This document shows, one piece after another, positions 25,228 to 36,830 of a stretch of DNA of 64,000 nucleotides. The DNA lies in the NCBI GenBank assembly GCA_013265495.1, contig MU062062.1, positions 281,651 through 345,650 of the forward strand, in the 5' to 3' direction. Every line of letters begins with the position of its first letter. Positions within the stretch are counted from its first letter, which is position 1. The notes below the pieces were generated by a model, which did no database searches, was not told where the DNA came from, and was given only the letters and a program-made list of their open reading frames with translations. Source of the stretch: Vicugna vicugna (taxonomy: Eukaryota). The position numbers and the translations under genes were made by a program.

Positions 25228-26870
25228 AGGGGGCGTGCGTTAAATTTCCTTCCAGCATTTTTAGTTGTTCTGAGTGGAATGGTGGTTGTCCAGGAAACCC
25301 GAGAGCTGCCCTTAATCCTCTCCTTTTTTGAGGCAGGGGGAACTTCTCTCTTTCCCGGAGCTTCCCATTCAAGCTGGCCCATCTTTCTTGACAGGGATCC
25401 ATGCCTCACACATTATGTCCTTTTTCCCTCCATCACAATGAACTTTCCTAGATTTTCCAGATAAGGGAACACATTAAAATTAAAATACACAAGGAAATCG
25501 TGGGTAAAGCTACCATTGTCATTGTCACTGTCTAGTGTGGCCTGGATTAAGATCCCTGGGCTCCGTCGTGTGCTTGTCAGGGCCCGTACGTCTCCACGGA
25601 GCTCTCCCCCACTTTGTCGCCCGTAAGACCTGAGAGTCGGATCCTGAGAGACGGCGTGCAACCACTCCATTACACACAGTCCATCGCACAAATATCAGCT
25701 ATTGTATTTTTTTCAGCTCAAGATCTCAGAGGCCCTAAAATGATATGCACCAAAGCCATCAATATAGGGGCAGTTTTAAGGAGTTATGTAAATTTGTGAG
25801 GAAAGATTGGGTTTTTTTAGATCACTGAGCTTTTAGTTGCTCTGAGTCCGTCTTTAGAATCTAAATGCCTTATTCCGCCTGCTTGTAGAGAACACGCACC
25901 TGTTCTCGTGGATGTTTATAAATGGCAGCAACGGAAGGCCCCTCTGGAGTGCTGCTTCCCCATCATCGGCACTGAGATGGAATCATAGACCGTAGGTAAT
26001 TTCATTCCCTGTATTTTTATATTAGCGGGACAGCTGCTCAGCATAACTTTTCCTGTTGCTTTTCAATTTATGGTGCATATGATAAAATGAATCTGGAAGG
26101 AAAGGCCAAGCAGCTAATGGATGAACTTTATGAAATTTAATTTGACCATGTTGGGGGATGATTTTTCATTGGAACATTTTAAGTGTCAGGGACATTGCCT
26201 TCAAGGCAGGTGTCAGTTTCCCAACCTGGTTTAAGATACAGTTTTTTAAATAAGCTGTAAAAAAAAATAATTATCTGAAAATCTAGTTTAAAAATCCTCT
26301 TTATTTTTCTCATAGGTAACGTGTTTGGGAAAAGGGTGAATTCTGCTTTTATAAATCCACTGCTTATGTTGCCCACTTTGATGCTGAGGTTTAATTTTTC
26401 AAAAAAAAATAAAATTCTACTGTTAAAGGGATAGAATATTCAAATGTACCAACACTAATATTTTACAGAAAAACTTAATCTTTTACTACTATGTCTCATG
26501 CTAAAATATAAGAAAGTCTGCTCAGAATACTGAAGCTAAAGAAACAGAGTCATTTGTTCAGGTGTGTAAATGAAATTTCACCTAACAATGGGGTTGACTT
26601 TATTCGTTTCATATTTTGGCTTGATGAGTCTTAAGTACAAACATGTGACTCCCATTTCTTGTGTGCGTAAATAGCGACTGAACATGGGAAAGAGGAAGTT
26701 GTTAAGAACAGGGTAGACCGCTAATTCTTTCTCTTGAAGCATTTTCAGAAAACAGGGTTTACATTATTCATAGTGCTTAAAATGCCAAGGAACAGCCAAA
26801 CTTCGATCTCAGCTGGCCTCCAACACCAGGTTTTTAGCCACATCTTTTTATTTTTTTTTCCTTTTGATAG

Positions 26871-26947
26871 GACGATACGCATTTTGAAATTCAGAAAGCT
26901 TCATTCCCTGAATTTTACCTGCAGGCAGATCTCCGAACACTGATGAT
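26871..26947 (+). other. Candidate exon (DDTHFEIQKASFPEFYLQADLRTLM)
   Basis: Long polypyrimidine acceptor tttttttttccttttgatag and consensus donor gtaagt; one open frame. Confidence 0.35.
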
Positions 26948-29900
26948 GTAAGTGTGCCGAGAGATTACATTCACTTCAGGGTTCTGTGACTTACCTTCCT
27001 TTCCCAAAGCATTGCATCTTTAATTACTATTTGTTCAGAACACTTTGAACGTTTTAGTAGTAGAGCAAGAAGGCCAGTCGATGGGGAAAACATCTCAATC
27101 TGCATATCCTGTTTCCAGGAGACAGAAGATCATCGCTCAGATTTAAAGTGAGAAAGCTCCCTTTAAGCAGGAGCTGGCAGCAGCATCTGTGCACAGGCGA
27201 GCCTGGGCCGACACCAGCCCTTTCCACAGTTGAGAGTGTGCATTTTTCATCTCGCAGTCTCCTGCAGCCCAGCACAGTGAGAAGGACTACTTTGTAATCA
27301 TTTTGATTTATCTGTAAGCAGGATGTTTGCAAAATCCCTTAAGAACTCACCCTCATAGATTTGCAGCTCAATTAAGCGGATTCAATTAGTCTAGATTGGC
27401 TGGCTAAAGAGCATAGGAGACTCAAATCCCAAAAGACACCAGGATCTCATGCCATTTATTATTTTTAAAAGGCTCATTTCTTTCCACTCACACATTTTCT
27501 TCAAAACATTCGGAAAGGAAACTACATATCTGAGGAACACTGTAACTACAGTTGAATTTTGCAGCCCCCAATTTTCTCCATGTTCTGTCTTTCAGGAACA
27601 TGGGTGCAGAGTCAGCACACACACTAATATCCTCATTATTTGATGCCTAAAAGATTGAAAACTCTTTTAACTCACGTCTAGCCAGCTGACAAAGTGAGAG
27701 AAACCGAAGTGCCTGTAACCCACTGTGGTTACCACTGTCCCAAAGATTTGCAGCGTATGTCAAAATAATGCGAACCAGTGAGTCCTTGAGCATGTGTTCA
27801 GTCCCAGGCACAGTGGTAACGTCTATGTGCACTGTTGACTGATGTTCACACCATCCTGAAGGCAAGAGGAGGAGAAGGAGAACTTGCCCAAGAGTGGACG
27901 CCATTATGGACAACGTTAAACAGTTTCCCCAAGGTCCCGTGGCCAGGAGGAAGCCAGGTGGCCCTGTGACAGCAAAGCCATGGCGCCCACCACTCCTACC
28001 ATAGCCTAGGGCCTGAGGAAGAGACCAAAGAGTTTCCCTTCACCTGCTGGAAACACAGCGAGACATGCTTCCCCATCGCCCTGCAGTCAGAGGTGGTCAC
28101 GTGCGTGAGTTCCTGCCTGTGGAATGTTATCACTTAGTGGTCTGGCCACCAGACCTCTCACCAAGTCCTCACTCTTATTGGAAGCCCGAATGAAGGGCCG
28201 GGGGTCACAGAGAGAGCACCGCCACCCAGCAGAGGGCCTGGGCCTCCGGCACAGCACGCAGGACGCTGTCCTGGAGATGCCTGCTGCCTGCTGGGCCCTG
28301 GGCCTCGCCTGTCAGAGCAGGCAGCTCACCTGGCCCACACAGACCCGCGGGGTGCAGTGCCACCGCCTCCAGCCATATTTCCGGCCCACTAGACCCGACC
28401 GAATGTGCGAGCCACTCGCAGAAAACAGTGCCTCCGTCCCTGAACACTGGATGCTGAGAATCTCCCCCCAGGAGGCACGTTAAGGAAAGGCCCGAGGGCT
28501 CCCGCCTTCAGCAAATCACGCCACACAGGCGGTTCCCTCTTCCCGTGCTGGGTGGGTCACTCCTGTGTGCATTCCGTCCCAGTTTCTGTCAGCATTTAAA
28601 AGACAAATAATAAAAGTAAAGTGACCAGCCTGTTTGATCCTTAAAAATGTATGATGCATGGATGCAAGCAGAAAGCACCATTACTTATTATTAAATGTAA
28701 AACCGTTAAGAATAAACTCCCTACCTATCCAATGCAGACAAATATTTCTAATCTCTGCGGAAAAGCTGAAGAAACAGACATCTCCAAAGAGTGTGCCAGT
28801 GAGACCTTCACCTCATCACAGGTTTCGGCAGCCACAGGCCTCGAGCTGAGTTCCCAGGCCAATAAGCTGTCGTGCCCACAGCAGGACGCTGTCTCCTCGC
28901 TGCTGTCATGGTCATTAATACAGTTACAGCTGAGAAGTCTATTAGCTGCGTGCTTGACTGAGGATGGAGTTTATCTTCACAGCATCCCCGGAAGGCAGAC
29001 AGGTGACGACTTCTATTAACACCATTCTAGTGATGAAGGAACCAGGAAAGAGAAGCGCAAAGGCGTTTCCCAGCGTCATGCGGCAAATCGGAAGCAGATG
29101 TAAGTTTGCAGCTCCAGGTATTTCGAGTGTCAGCTTGCGCTTAGACAATGATTCTCACCCACTGTACACATTTTGGGACAGAATCTCTGTGGTTGAGAAA
29201 GATTCTCTCCATGGTCAAAAAAGAAAAAATCTTAACGGCCTTGGCGGTAGATTTTAAAGACTTCATGGCTTATTTGTTTGCGTAGGCATGTCCTGATGGA
29301 GCTGTTCCTGTGAAGGAGGAGAAAAGGTAGCTTGAAACAGGGTTCCTACTAAGGACATTTCAAAATTGATCCATTAAGGATGTGGAAATGCTCCCCGACT
29401 TTCACAGCAGATCATTATGAGTTAATTTCTGTTCTTTCAGCATCAGAGACTTAGCAGAGGAAGCTGGAATTGTTCAAGGCAGGGAATCACTGCCCAAGCT
29501 GCACCTGACCCTCTCTGTGCCCCGGCCCCGGGCTCTGCCTCAGTGCCTTGCTGTGCACACCACGGACAGGTCGCCCTCTTTGTCAGTGGCCCATTCCCAA
29601 ACTGTCTTTCCTGATGCGTGCGCCTGCCACATACATCCTAAATCTACGTGGGCCACCCTATTCCGTATCCCACGAGCTCCCTGAAACGCCCCTTATCTTC
29701 ACCCATCCGATTACGTTTATTCCATCCACCGGGGAAAACTTCACCTTCATGTTAACCTGTGTGTCAGAGTCCCTTTTCATCCTCACAATACTTGCTTCGA
29801 AGTACTTCAGCTTCTTGTAAATTCCAAAATTACCTTTGTGGAGGTCATTCAGTAAGATTCATCGATGGCTTATGAAGCCTTGGAACATAAAAACTGTCGT

Positions 29901-30469
29901 GTTCAGGGTTTTTTTGTTTGCTTGTTTGTTTTTTGCTTTTTTGTTCATTTTTATTTTCCATAAGAACAAGCACTGTGTCCTGTATGTAGCAGATGCTCAA
30001 TAAGCACTTCTCTCATTCAGCCAGTTTTTAATGGGGCTTCTTTGTATGTTTCTTACGGAGAAATGGTAGAGCTGGGTTTAGAATGAGACCTGAACTCCTT
30101 ATGAGACACAGGAGGGTAGCAAAGGCTAGAAAAGGCGGCATGTACTTGGTTGCACGTGTCCCTGTGGACTAAGCTAAGCCATCCTATGCCGTGTTCTCTA
30201 GCTGACGATTTAAAATTACATCCGCTAACCAGTAATGCCTGGGGTTTTCCTGAAGAGTCCCTTTTAGAAATGTTGAAAGATACATTCCTGTTTCTAGAGG
30301 CATAGTTGCACTAAAAAATAGAGGAAAAATTTAAGAAAGGATTGCTAAGCTGAGCTCTCCTAGGAAAAAAAATATAACCAGAGCCATTAGGATTGGAAGA
30401 GAAGGATCGCTGTCAGTTACTGGGGCTGGAAGAGCTCTCAGTCCAAAAGGCGTATTGAAACGTGCAGGT

Positions 30470-31450
30470 GATTTCAGGGGTTGGTCCCGCCGCACCGGAG
30501 GGTTGCCAGGCCTTTACGCTTTCCGGACGTTCTGCCCTTTGAAATTTACGTAAAATGACTCAAGTCGCCATCCCATTGTTTGACGGAAAATTCAGTATCC
30601 CCGCGTGTTGGCGCGGATTCTTCGGAAAGTCGAGGGGGGCGGGATGCGCTTGCTCTGACGGATGACGTGGCGCAGCCTGCGTGTCTGTAAGGCCCCTTAT
30701 CCAGGCTGTTTTCAGAGATTGGAAGTTCCGTGTAAGCCATCCACACTCAAAGATGTGAAAACTCATCAGGAAAAGGAGGTTGCGGGAAAAAGGCTTGCTG
30801 TTGTTGGCGTTACATTCGAAGACCCCGACTATAGTTACCATAACCCCCCAAAATCAGCATGGGGAAGGCCTCTCGGTGGGATTCGCGGAGTTGAAGCAGC
30901 CAGTCCTCACGGTGCCGGGGCCGCGGGCCTGCACTTCAGAGCGGGCCCATTGCCGCCATCATGCCGCCGAGAGATCTGCGCCTGTTGTTTCTCAGTGTAA
31001 AATCCAGATTCCCAGGAGGAACGTGAGAACCCAGGTCAGAACAAGGGCCCTGTGACCGGGTCCACTTCCGTTTACCACAAGGCCCGGTGGGAACCGGGCG
31101 GGCTGCTCGGATCCCCCTGTGCCGCTGGGGTCTGCGTTTGCGCGCGGGCCCTGCTGCGCCCGCAGCGGCACCGGGGCAGGCGCTGACCAGAGGTGCTTTC
31201 GTGTCCTCGTCTGGCAGGGGGCGACGCGGCCCCGAGAGCAGACAGGGGATCCTGGCGCAGGTTTCCAGTGGAAGCTGCCGAGGCCCAGAGGGCTCGGTGG
31301 AGCCGCAGCCCCGGCCCCTGGCTCCAGGGCCCATGTCTGGCCCCCCTGCCCGTGCTCTGGGGTCGGTCTCTGCGAGGAGCCCCTGTGAGCACCTTTCCCC
31401 AGGCGCTGGGAACGGGGCCAAACTGGTGACGTGGGTCAGAGATGCTTGTG
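30470..31450. promoter_or_regulatory. CpG island 3 with housekeeping-type promoter motifs
   Basis: E2F-like ttggcgcg 30608-30615, GC box about 30635-30643, tandem TGACG/TGACGT 30656-30668, ETS-like acttccg 31064-31070. Confidence 0.8.
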
Positions 31451-34400
31451 GGCCCTAAGCCTGGTTTGCCTGCAGGGGCTCTTCCCTAAACTTCTCATTT
31501 TGGGAGCCAAGAGCTCTCCTGTTCTTGCCTAACACCGAAGCTTCCTTGGGAGCTACCTTCCAGCTTTTTTGTAACTGCTCTGGCACCTTATAGGGCGCAG
31601 GGTAACGAATGCGTAATTTGCACTGAATGAGGAAGGATGGACTTGAGAGCACTGGGTGACGATGTTTTTAAAGCTGGTCAGAGCAGGGAGAGTATTTGCT
31701 CAGCTAACAGTCAGTGAATGATGCCCAGGGCCACAGACTAGTCTGTGCGTTGGTGGAGCACAGCTGGTTAAAATACATTTGCTGACATCAAAGACACACC
31801 CTCGTGGGAGAAACGGTAGTAATTCTGACTTTCCGTACACGTGGGATAGCCCTCGTCTCCAGGCTGCTGTAACACAATGGACTAAAGCACGTTGATGAAA
31901 GTCTGGCCCTGGGACAAGGGCTGATGGTCACACACTGGTGTCTCACTCACACCCAAGAGAAGGCAGAGGATGACGGCGAGGGTGTTGTCTTCAAATACGG
32001 GGGCCTTTTGGGGAGGACAGCGAGACTCACATCTGCCAGGTGTCATGTCAGGGTCTGACCCGTGTCAGCCCTGAACGGAGCATGTGGTGACAGTTTCATA
32101 CATGATGACAGACTGTGCGCTTCAAAGCTATAACCTGAGATTAGGAAAATACAGCAGAACATACTGGCCTAACAGAATATGTGCCCAGAGAACAAATACA
32201 TGTTCTCTTTTAAAAGACAGCCCTGGGGTAAGTCACTGGGTGAGCTTAGCAGCAGACTGGACAGAAGAAGAATCAATGCACTTAGATATGGATCAATTTT
32301 TATTGCTCCCTTGAGGAAAAATGAAAAAAATTAAATATTTATAGTAGGTAATTGCAGAATTACCTGAGAAATAGGCAAATTCATAATCAGGTAAAAGCTT
32401 ATGGAAAGCAAATTTACAATCAGATAAAAGCTTAACAGAAAAATTTAACAGCATAAGCAATAAATTTAGCTTTGTGAGTATTTATAAAATTGTGCACCCA
32501 GGTTGCACAGTCAGTGTAAAAGCTTAGATGGGAGAGGGCTGAAAGTCGCTAGGGTTACACCCATGCTGACTAGCATCCGGGCTCCACCTTCCTCGCGAGG
32601 AGGCTCTTCACAGGTCTCCCAGCTGGGCGGGCTGCATTCTGACAAGAATGGCTTGAGTTACGCATTCACTTTTTTATGGTCATAGAGCAGCCTGAGTCTT
32701 AGCCCCCACTGATACTGGAAACGGGGTGGCATGCAAAAACGCCTCCTGTGACATGGGCAGGGAGGAGCGTTCAGTGAAACGACCGCGGGCCCCCGGAGCC
32801 CCCCCTTGGCCTGGGGGTGTGACGAGCAGGTGTGAACCCGACATCATTCATTTTCCATCCTTGTTGCTCTGTCCTTGACGACAAGTTCGCAGCTAAAGGA
32901 TGTATCCGTGCTTCTTCCCCGAAAAACCTCTGCCAAATGAGCCCAAAGGGGGGCAGTTCTAGGCTACAATGAAGACAAGCAGTTCTGAGACGTGTTCTCG
33001 TGTGAATTAATAGCAAAACATAAAGTCAGGAAGGAAAAAAAAAGAACTTTCCCAGAGGCTTGCTTTCACTGATATCTCCTCATACTCTTCCTGACTACCG
33101 CAACGTACTAGTGTTAGAAACACAATCACAGATTTGCAAACTCCACGGGGTGAATACTGTTGAGTGGTGTCAGATTTCCTCTCCACGCGGGAACCCTGCG
33201 GACCCAGAAAACCGCGGCATCTCCCAGCCGGCTCTGCTAGCAGGACCCGGACGTGGGGCCCAGACTCCTGTTTCGGTTTAGGATACACTGACAGTTTGAA
33301 TGGGGCTCAGTGTCTGCTACTATTGGAATGTGGGGTACATGCTGAATTAATTAGCAAAAAACCAGAGCTTGGAGCCCGCGTCGGCTATTTCTAGTTCTCC
33401 CCATTCATTCTGTTTTCATTGGCACATTTTATTTTCGTATCTTGATCCAGATCTCATTTGCATGTGATTTACTTGCATGCTGAGATCATTTTGAGGAATA
33501 AAAGGCTTGTAAAACTCTGGGAATCAGTGATTCGCAATAATCCTTGATGGAGTTGTGTCCTTTAAAGTCTGACAAAATGCCCCCTTTTTAGCTCTTACAT
33601 CCCGGATTCCGTTGCTCACCATTCATCTTTTGCCTCTCTGTAAACGCGAAGAGCACTGTTTCCTAGCGTAAGTTCATGCTATTTATATTTCAGAGATTCC
33701 AGGCCGCTTCACAAGTCACTTGAGACCCAGTGGCAGGAGCGAATTACCCTCTACTGTCTGTCTCTCTCCTGACAGGTCTGCCTGAAAAGCAGCTAGCCTG
33801 GAGCAGACTTCATTGTTCCTTCACTCTCTGAGAGCTAGCGAGAGACAGTTTTACAAACTTATAACATAAGGCATGAAAGGAAATTCAACAGAAACTGATT
33901 TTTCCCTTTTTAAAAAATTCTTCACTTTGACCAAATGAGTAGGGACTGATGTACTTGACTTGCCTAGTGTATGCACAGTGGTGCTCCTTTGAAATTTAGT
34001 CTTGTGGTAACCGCTCTAGGGAGAAATACATTATGGTTGATTGGCAAATGCATTTCCCCTGATTTCCTTTTATCCTAAAATAAAAAGATGAATTAACACA
34101 TAGCACATATATTAGTGCAAATAAGCGGTATGGATTTTGCTTTGCAAGCCCAAATAGTGATCGGTGCCCTGCAGTAGCCAGTTAAATACGTGTGCTGAAA
34201 TTGAATAATTTTGAATTAGTGGGATAACTAAACTGAGTATTGAAAGCAGCAAAAAATATTTGTTTTCCAGACTAATGAAACAACAGGACGATATCCAAAG
34301 TGATTGTTAGGATATGTTATCTAGAGTAAATGTTACCAGCTAATATGGAAATCCATGTTCTTTTATTCATCCTAGAAATAAACCCGCTACACGCTGATTA

Positions 34401-34749
34401 TCTCTATAATAATTATGCAACTCACGGTACCGTGTTACTGCAAGGAATCGATCCAGCATTTCTTCCCCGTTTCGCTGTTCCTCGAGTAAGCCAAAGGCAA
34501 ACAAGTGAAGGGTTGAGCTGCTCAGGGCTGCCCGAGTGCCCTGGGGGACGTCAAAGATAAACAGATTTCCCTAACAGTAGCCCTCACAATCCTCCTTTTA
34601 CACTGGGCGATCATGTTCAAGGACAGCCGTTTCCAGCACCACCCTGTCAGGAACATTGGAATCAATAGAAACTTGCCTCTGTTTGAATTAACTTTTATCA
34701 TAATGCTTTTCCCAGGTAATAATGGTAATGATGGAATAATTTCAATAAC

Positions 34750-34960
34750 AAAGAATATTTATTTAGCTCGTTGGAATGTGCCACAAGTCTGCTAAGCACT
34801 TTTTTTTTTTCATTACTTTATTCTTGCAACAACCACTTGAGGTTGGCGGCTCCATGTTACTGACAAAAAGATGCACGAAGGCTTAAGTGAGTAAATGGTG
34901 AATCTGGGGCTCAGGTGAAGACATCCTTGACCCAGTGCCTGAAGCCTTAAACACTGACTG
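34750..34960 (-). mobile_element. MIR SINE remnant
   Basis: aatatttatttagctcgttggaatgtgccacaagtctgctaagcact followed by ttcttgcaacaaccacttgagg is antisense MIR. Confidence 0.55.
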
Positions 34961-35742
34961 CTTTCGTTCATCATCAGTTTCATAATAATAAACAATAATT
35001 TGATTTAAAAGATCTCTGTCTAAGCTCTCCTTTTGAGTGCTTCGTGTAGCAAGTTTCTTCGTAGTTACTTGTAGCCTAGAGCTCGGATCTCATCCCAGAG
35101 CCAAGTGTGCCTTCTACTGAAGCGAGTCCTGCTGGTTTCACCGTATAGTTTCTCCCCAGTACTGTTATTCCTCTCACTCTCCGTCATAACAGCACAGTTC
35201 ATGCTCCAAACATTTCTTACTGGACGACCAAACAAGCTGTCTAAGCGGTCCCCCAGGGCAGCACGCGTGCACGACTGGTCTCCCCCCTGCAGTCAGAGGC
35301 GGCTTTTTAGACGCAAGTTTGATGTTAAGGACCCACTCAAACCGGTCCATTGGTGTCCCGTATCTTAGGATAACACCATGACATTAAGATGGACTAAGAG
35401 TTTTGTGTGGTCAGCCCACTGGGACCAAGCAGCCTCCTTCCCTCACCCCGAAGCTCTTTCCCTTCCAGCCCCCCTGCCCTGCTTCTCGGGAGCCCCTGGT
35501 ACCCACGCAGCCCTGACTGACCTCCAGAACGTGTAGGTCCTCTTCCTTCCACCCAAATCGCTTCCGTTTCCCTCTTCCACTGCTCACCCCTCTTCACTCC
35601 CAGGTACCAGCTCAGTTGTAACTTTCCCCACAAAACTGTCCCTGAGCCCCCTCTATCCTCCAAACTCCGTGTGACTGTTCGGCATAACCCCATGTCAGAG
35701 ACATATGTAACATCCGTCTCTGCACTGTGCACTCCTCGGGGG

Positions 35743-36227
35743 TGTGAATGAGAAATACTGCCAGCCATTTCAGTAAACAAAGGGTGCTGCGGCCATCAAG
35801 TCATCTGCTGCTACTGCTGCCCCCGCCTGTGAGTGGACGGAACTCAGGATGCAGACAAGCAGGCGGCCTGGCCTCTGCTGCTGCCCCCAGCGGTGCCCCT
35901 GAGGGGACTCAGACGGGGAAGAACAGGACACTGGCCAATAGGAGGTGCATGTCAAAGGAATGATTTCAACAGGCCCAGACCTTTGCACCTTCCTGTACAT
36001 GGAAAAGCACTAAATTCCTTAACTTGAGATGTCTGGTTTTCTTTAACTAACAGTAATCTTTTGACGTTCCGACTACCTGGTCTATATACCCTGGTTCCCC
36101 GCCTGCCTCTTTGGGGAGCAGTCTCTCCGGACGATCTCAGAAGCCGAGTCCCGGGCTCGAGTCCTCAAAGCCCACTGAACAGAACATAGCTCTCAACTTC
36201 TAGGTTGTGCGTGTTTTTCAGTCAACA
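35743..36227 (+). mobile_element. ERV1-type solo LTR
   Basis: TG...CA termini, 4-bp TSD gggg (35739-35742 and 36228-36231), TATA-like ctatata at about 36082; body resembles recalled artiodactyl ERV1 LTRs (aaacaaagggtgctgcggccatcaag; ctctcaacttctaggttgtgc). Confidence 0.85.
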
Positions 36228-36329
36228 GGGGCACATACACAACGCGCACAACTGAGAAAATACTGGCCTCAAGGGTATGTAAGTACTCAGATTAGTACGG
36301 AAAGCACAAAAATATAATAGGGAAGTAAG

Positions 36330-36830
36330 CCAAAGGGCTGTAGTGACATTTCACACAGAAAAATGAAATGCAGATAGGCAATAAAAATACAAAGAATTTT
36401 CAGCATCGGTGGTGGTTAGGAACATAAAAATCAACACCATAATGAGATCCCATTCATTTGGCATCTAATTCAATCTGCGAATAACAAGAGAACATGGATA
36501 AACAGGATATTTTACATATTGCTATTGGGAGTAAATTTGCACACAGCAGTACGGAAAAAAATTTCTATCCAAATACAGTATTTATATTCCATGTGAAACA
36601 GCAGATCCACTCGCAGTAAAATATTTAGAAGCAACCACTGCACATGTAAAGAGAAGACATTCATTTGCAAGACTATTATTCATCGTTGCAAACAGCAACA
36701 TTTCTGAAAAACCTTTGACAGGATAGTGGATTAAAAAGTGATTTTTTTAAAAAAGAAACAGTGAAACAATTATGATCAACCCGTAGTTTAGAATATTATG
36801 TAACCACTAAAATGGTTATAATGTGGATGT
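36330..36830 (+). mobile_element. Old L1ME ORF2 end and 3' remnant
   Basis: aaaatcaacaccataatgagatcccattc, acatattgctattgggagtaaat and gtaaccactaaaatggt resemble degraded L1 3' region. Confidence 0.5.

Noticed and set aside
26939-26990. Possible C/D snoRNA (TGATGA box)
   Set aside because: No downstream CTGA D box or terminal stem at a suitable distance.
30809-30823. VTFED, resembling the KRAB-A start
   Set aside because: Not followed by the DVAV.F..EEW motif, and no C2H2 zinc-finger exon in the window.
30936-31458. Multiple 78-161 aa ORFs in island 3
   Set aside because: Same GC shadow effect; no family motif.
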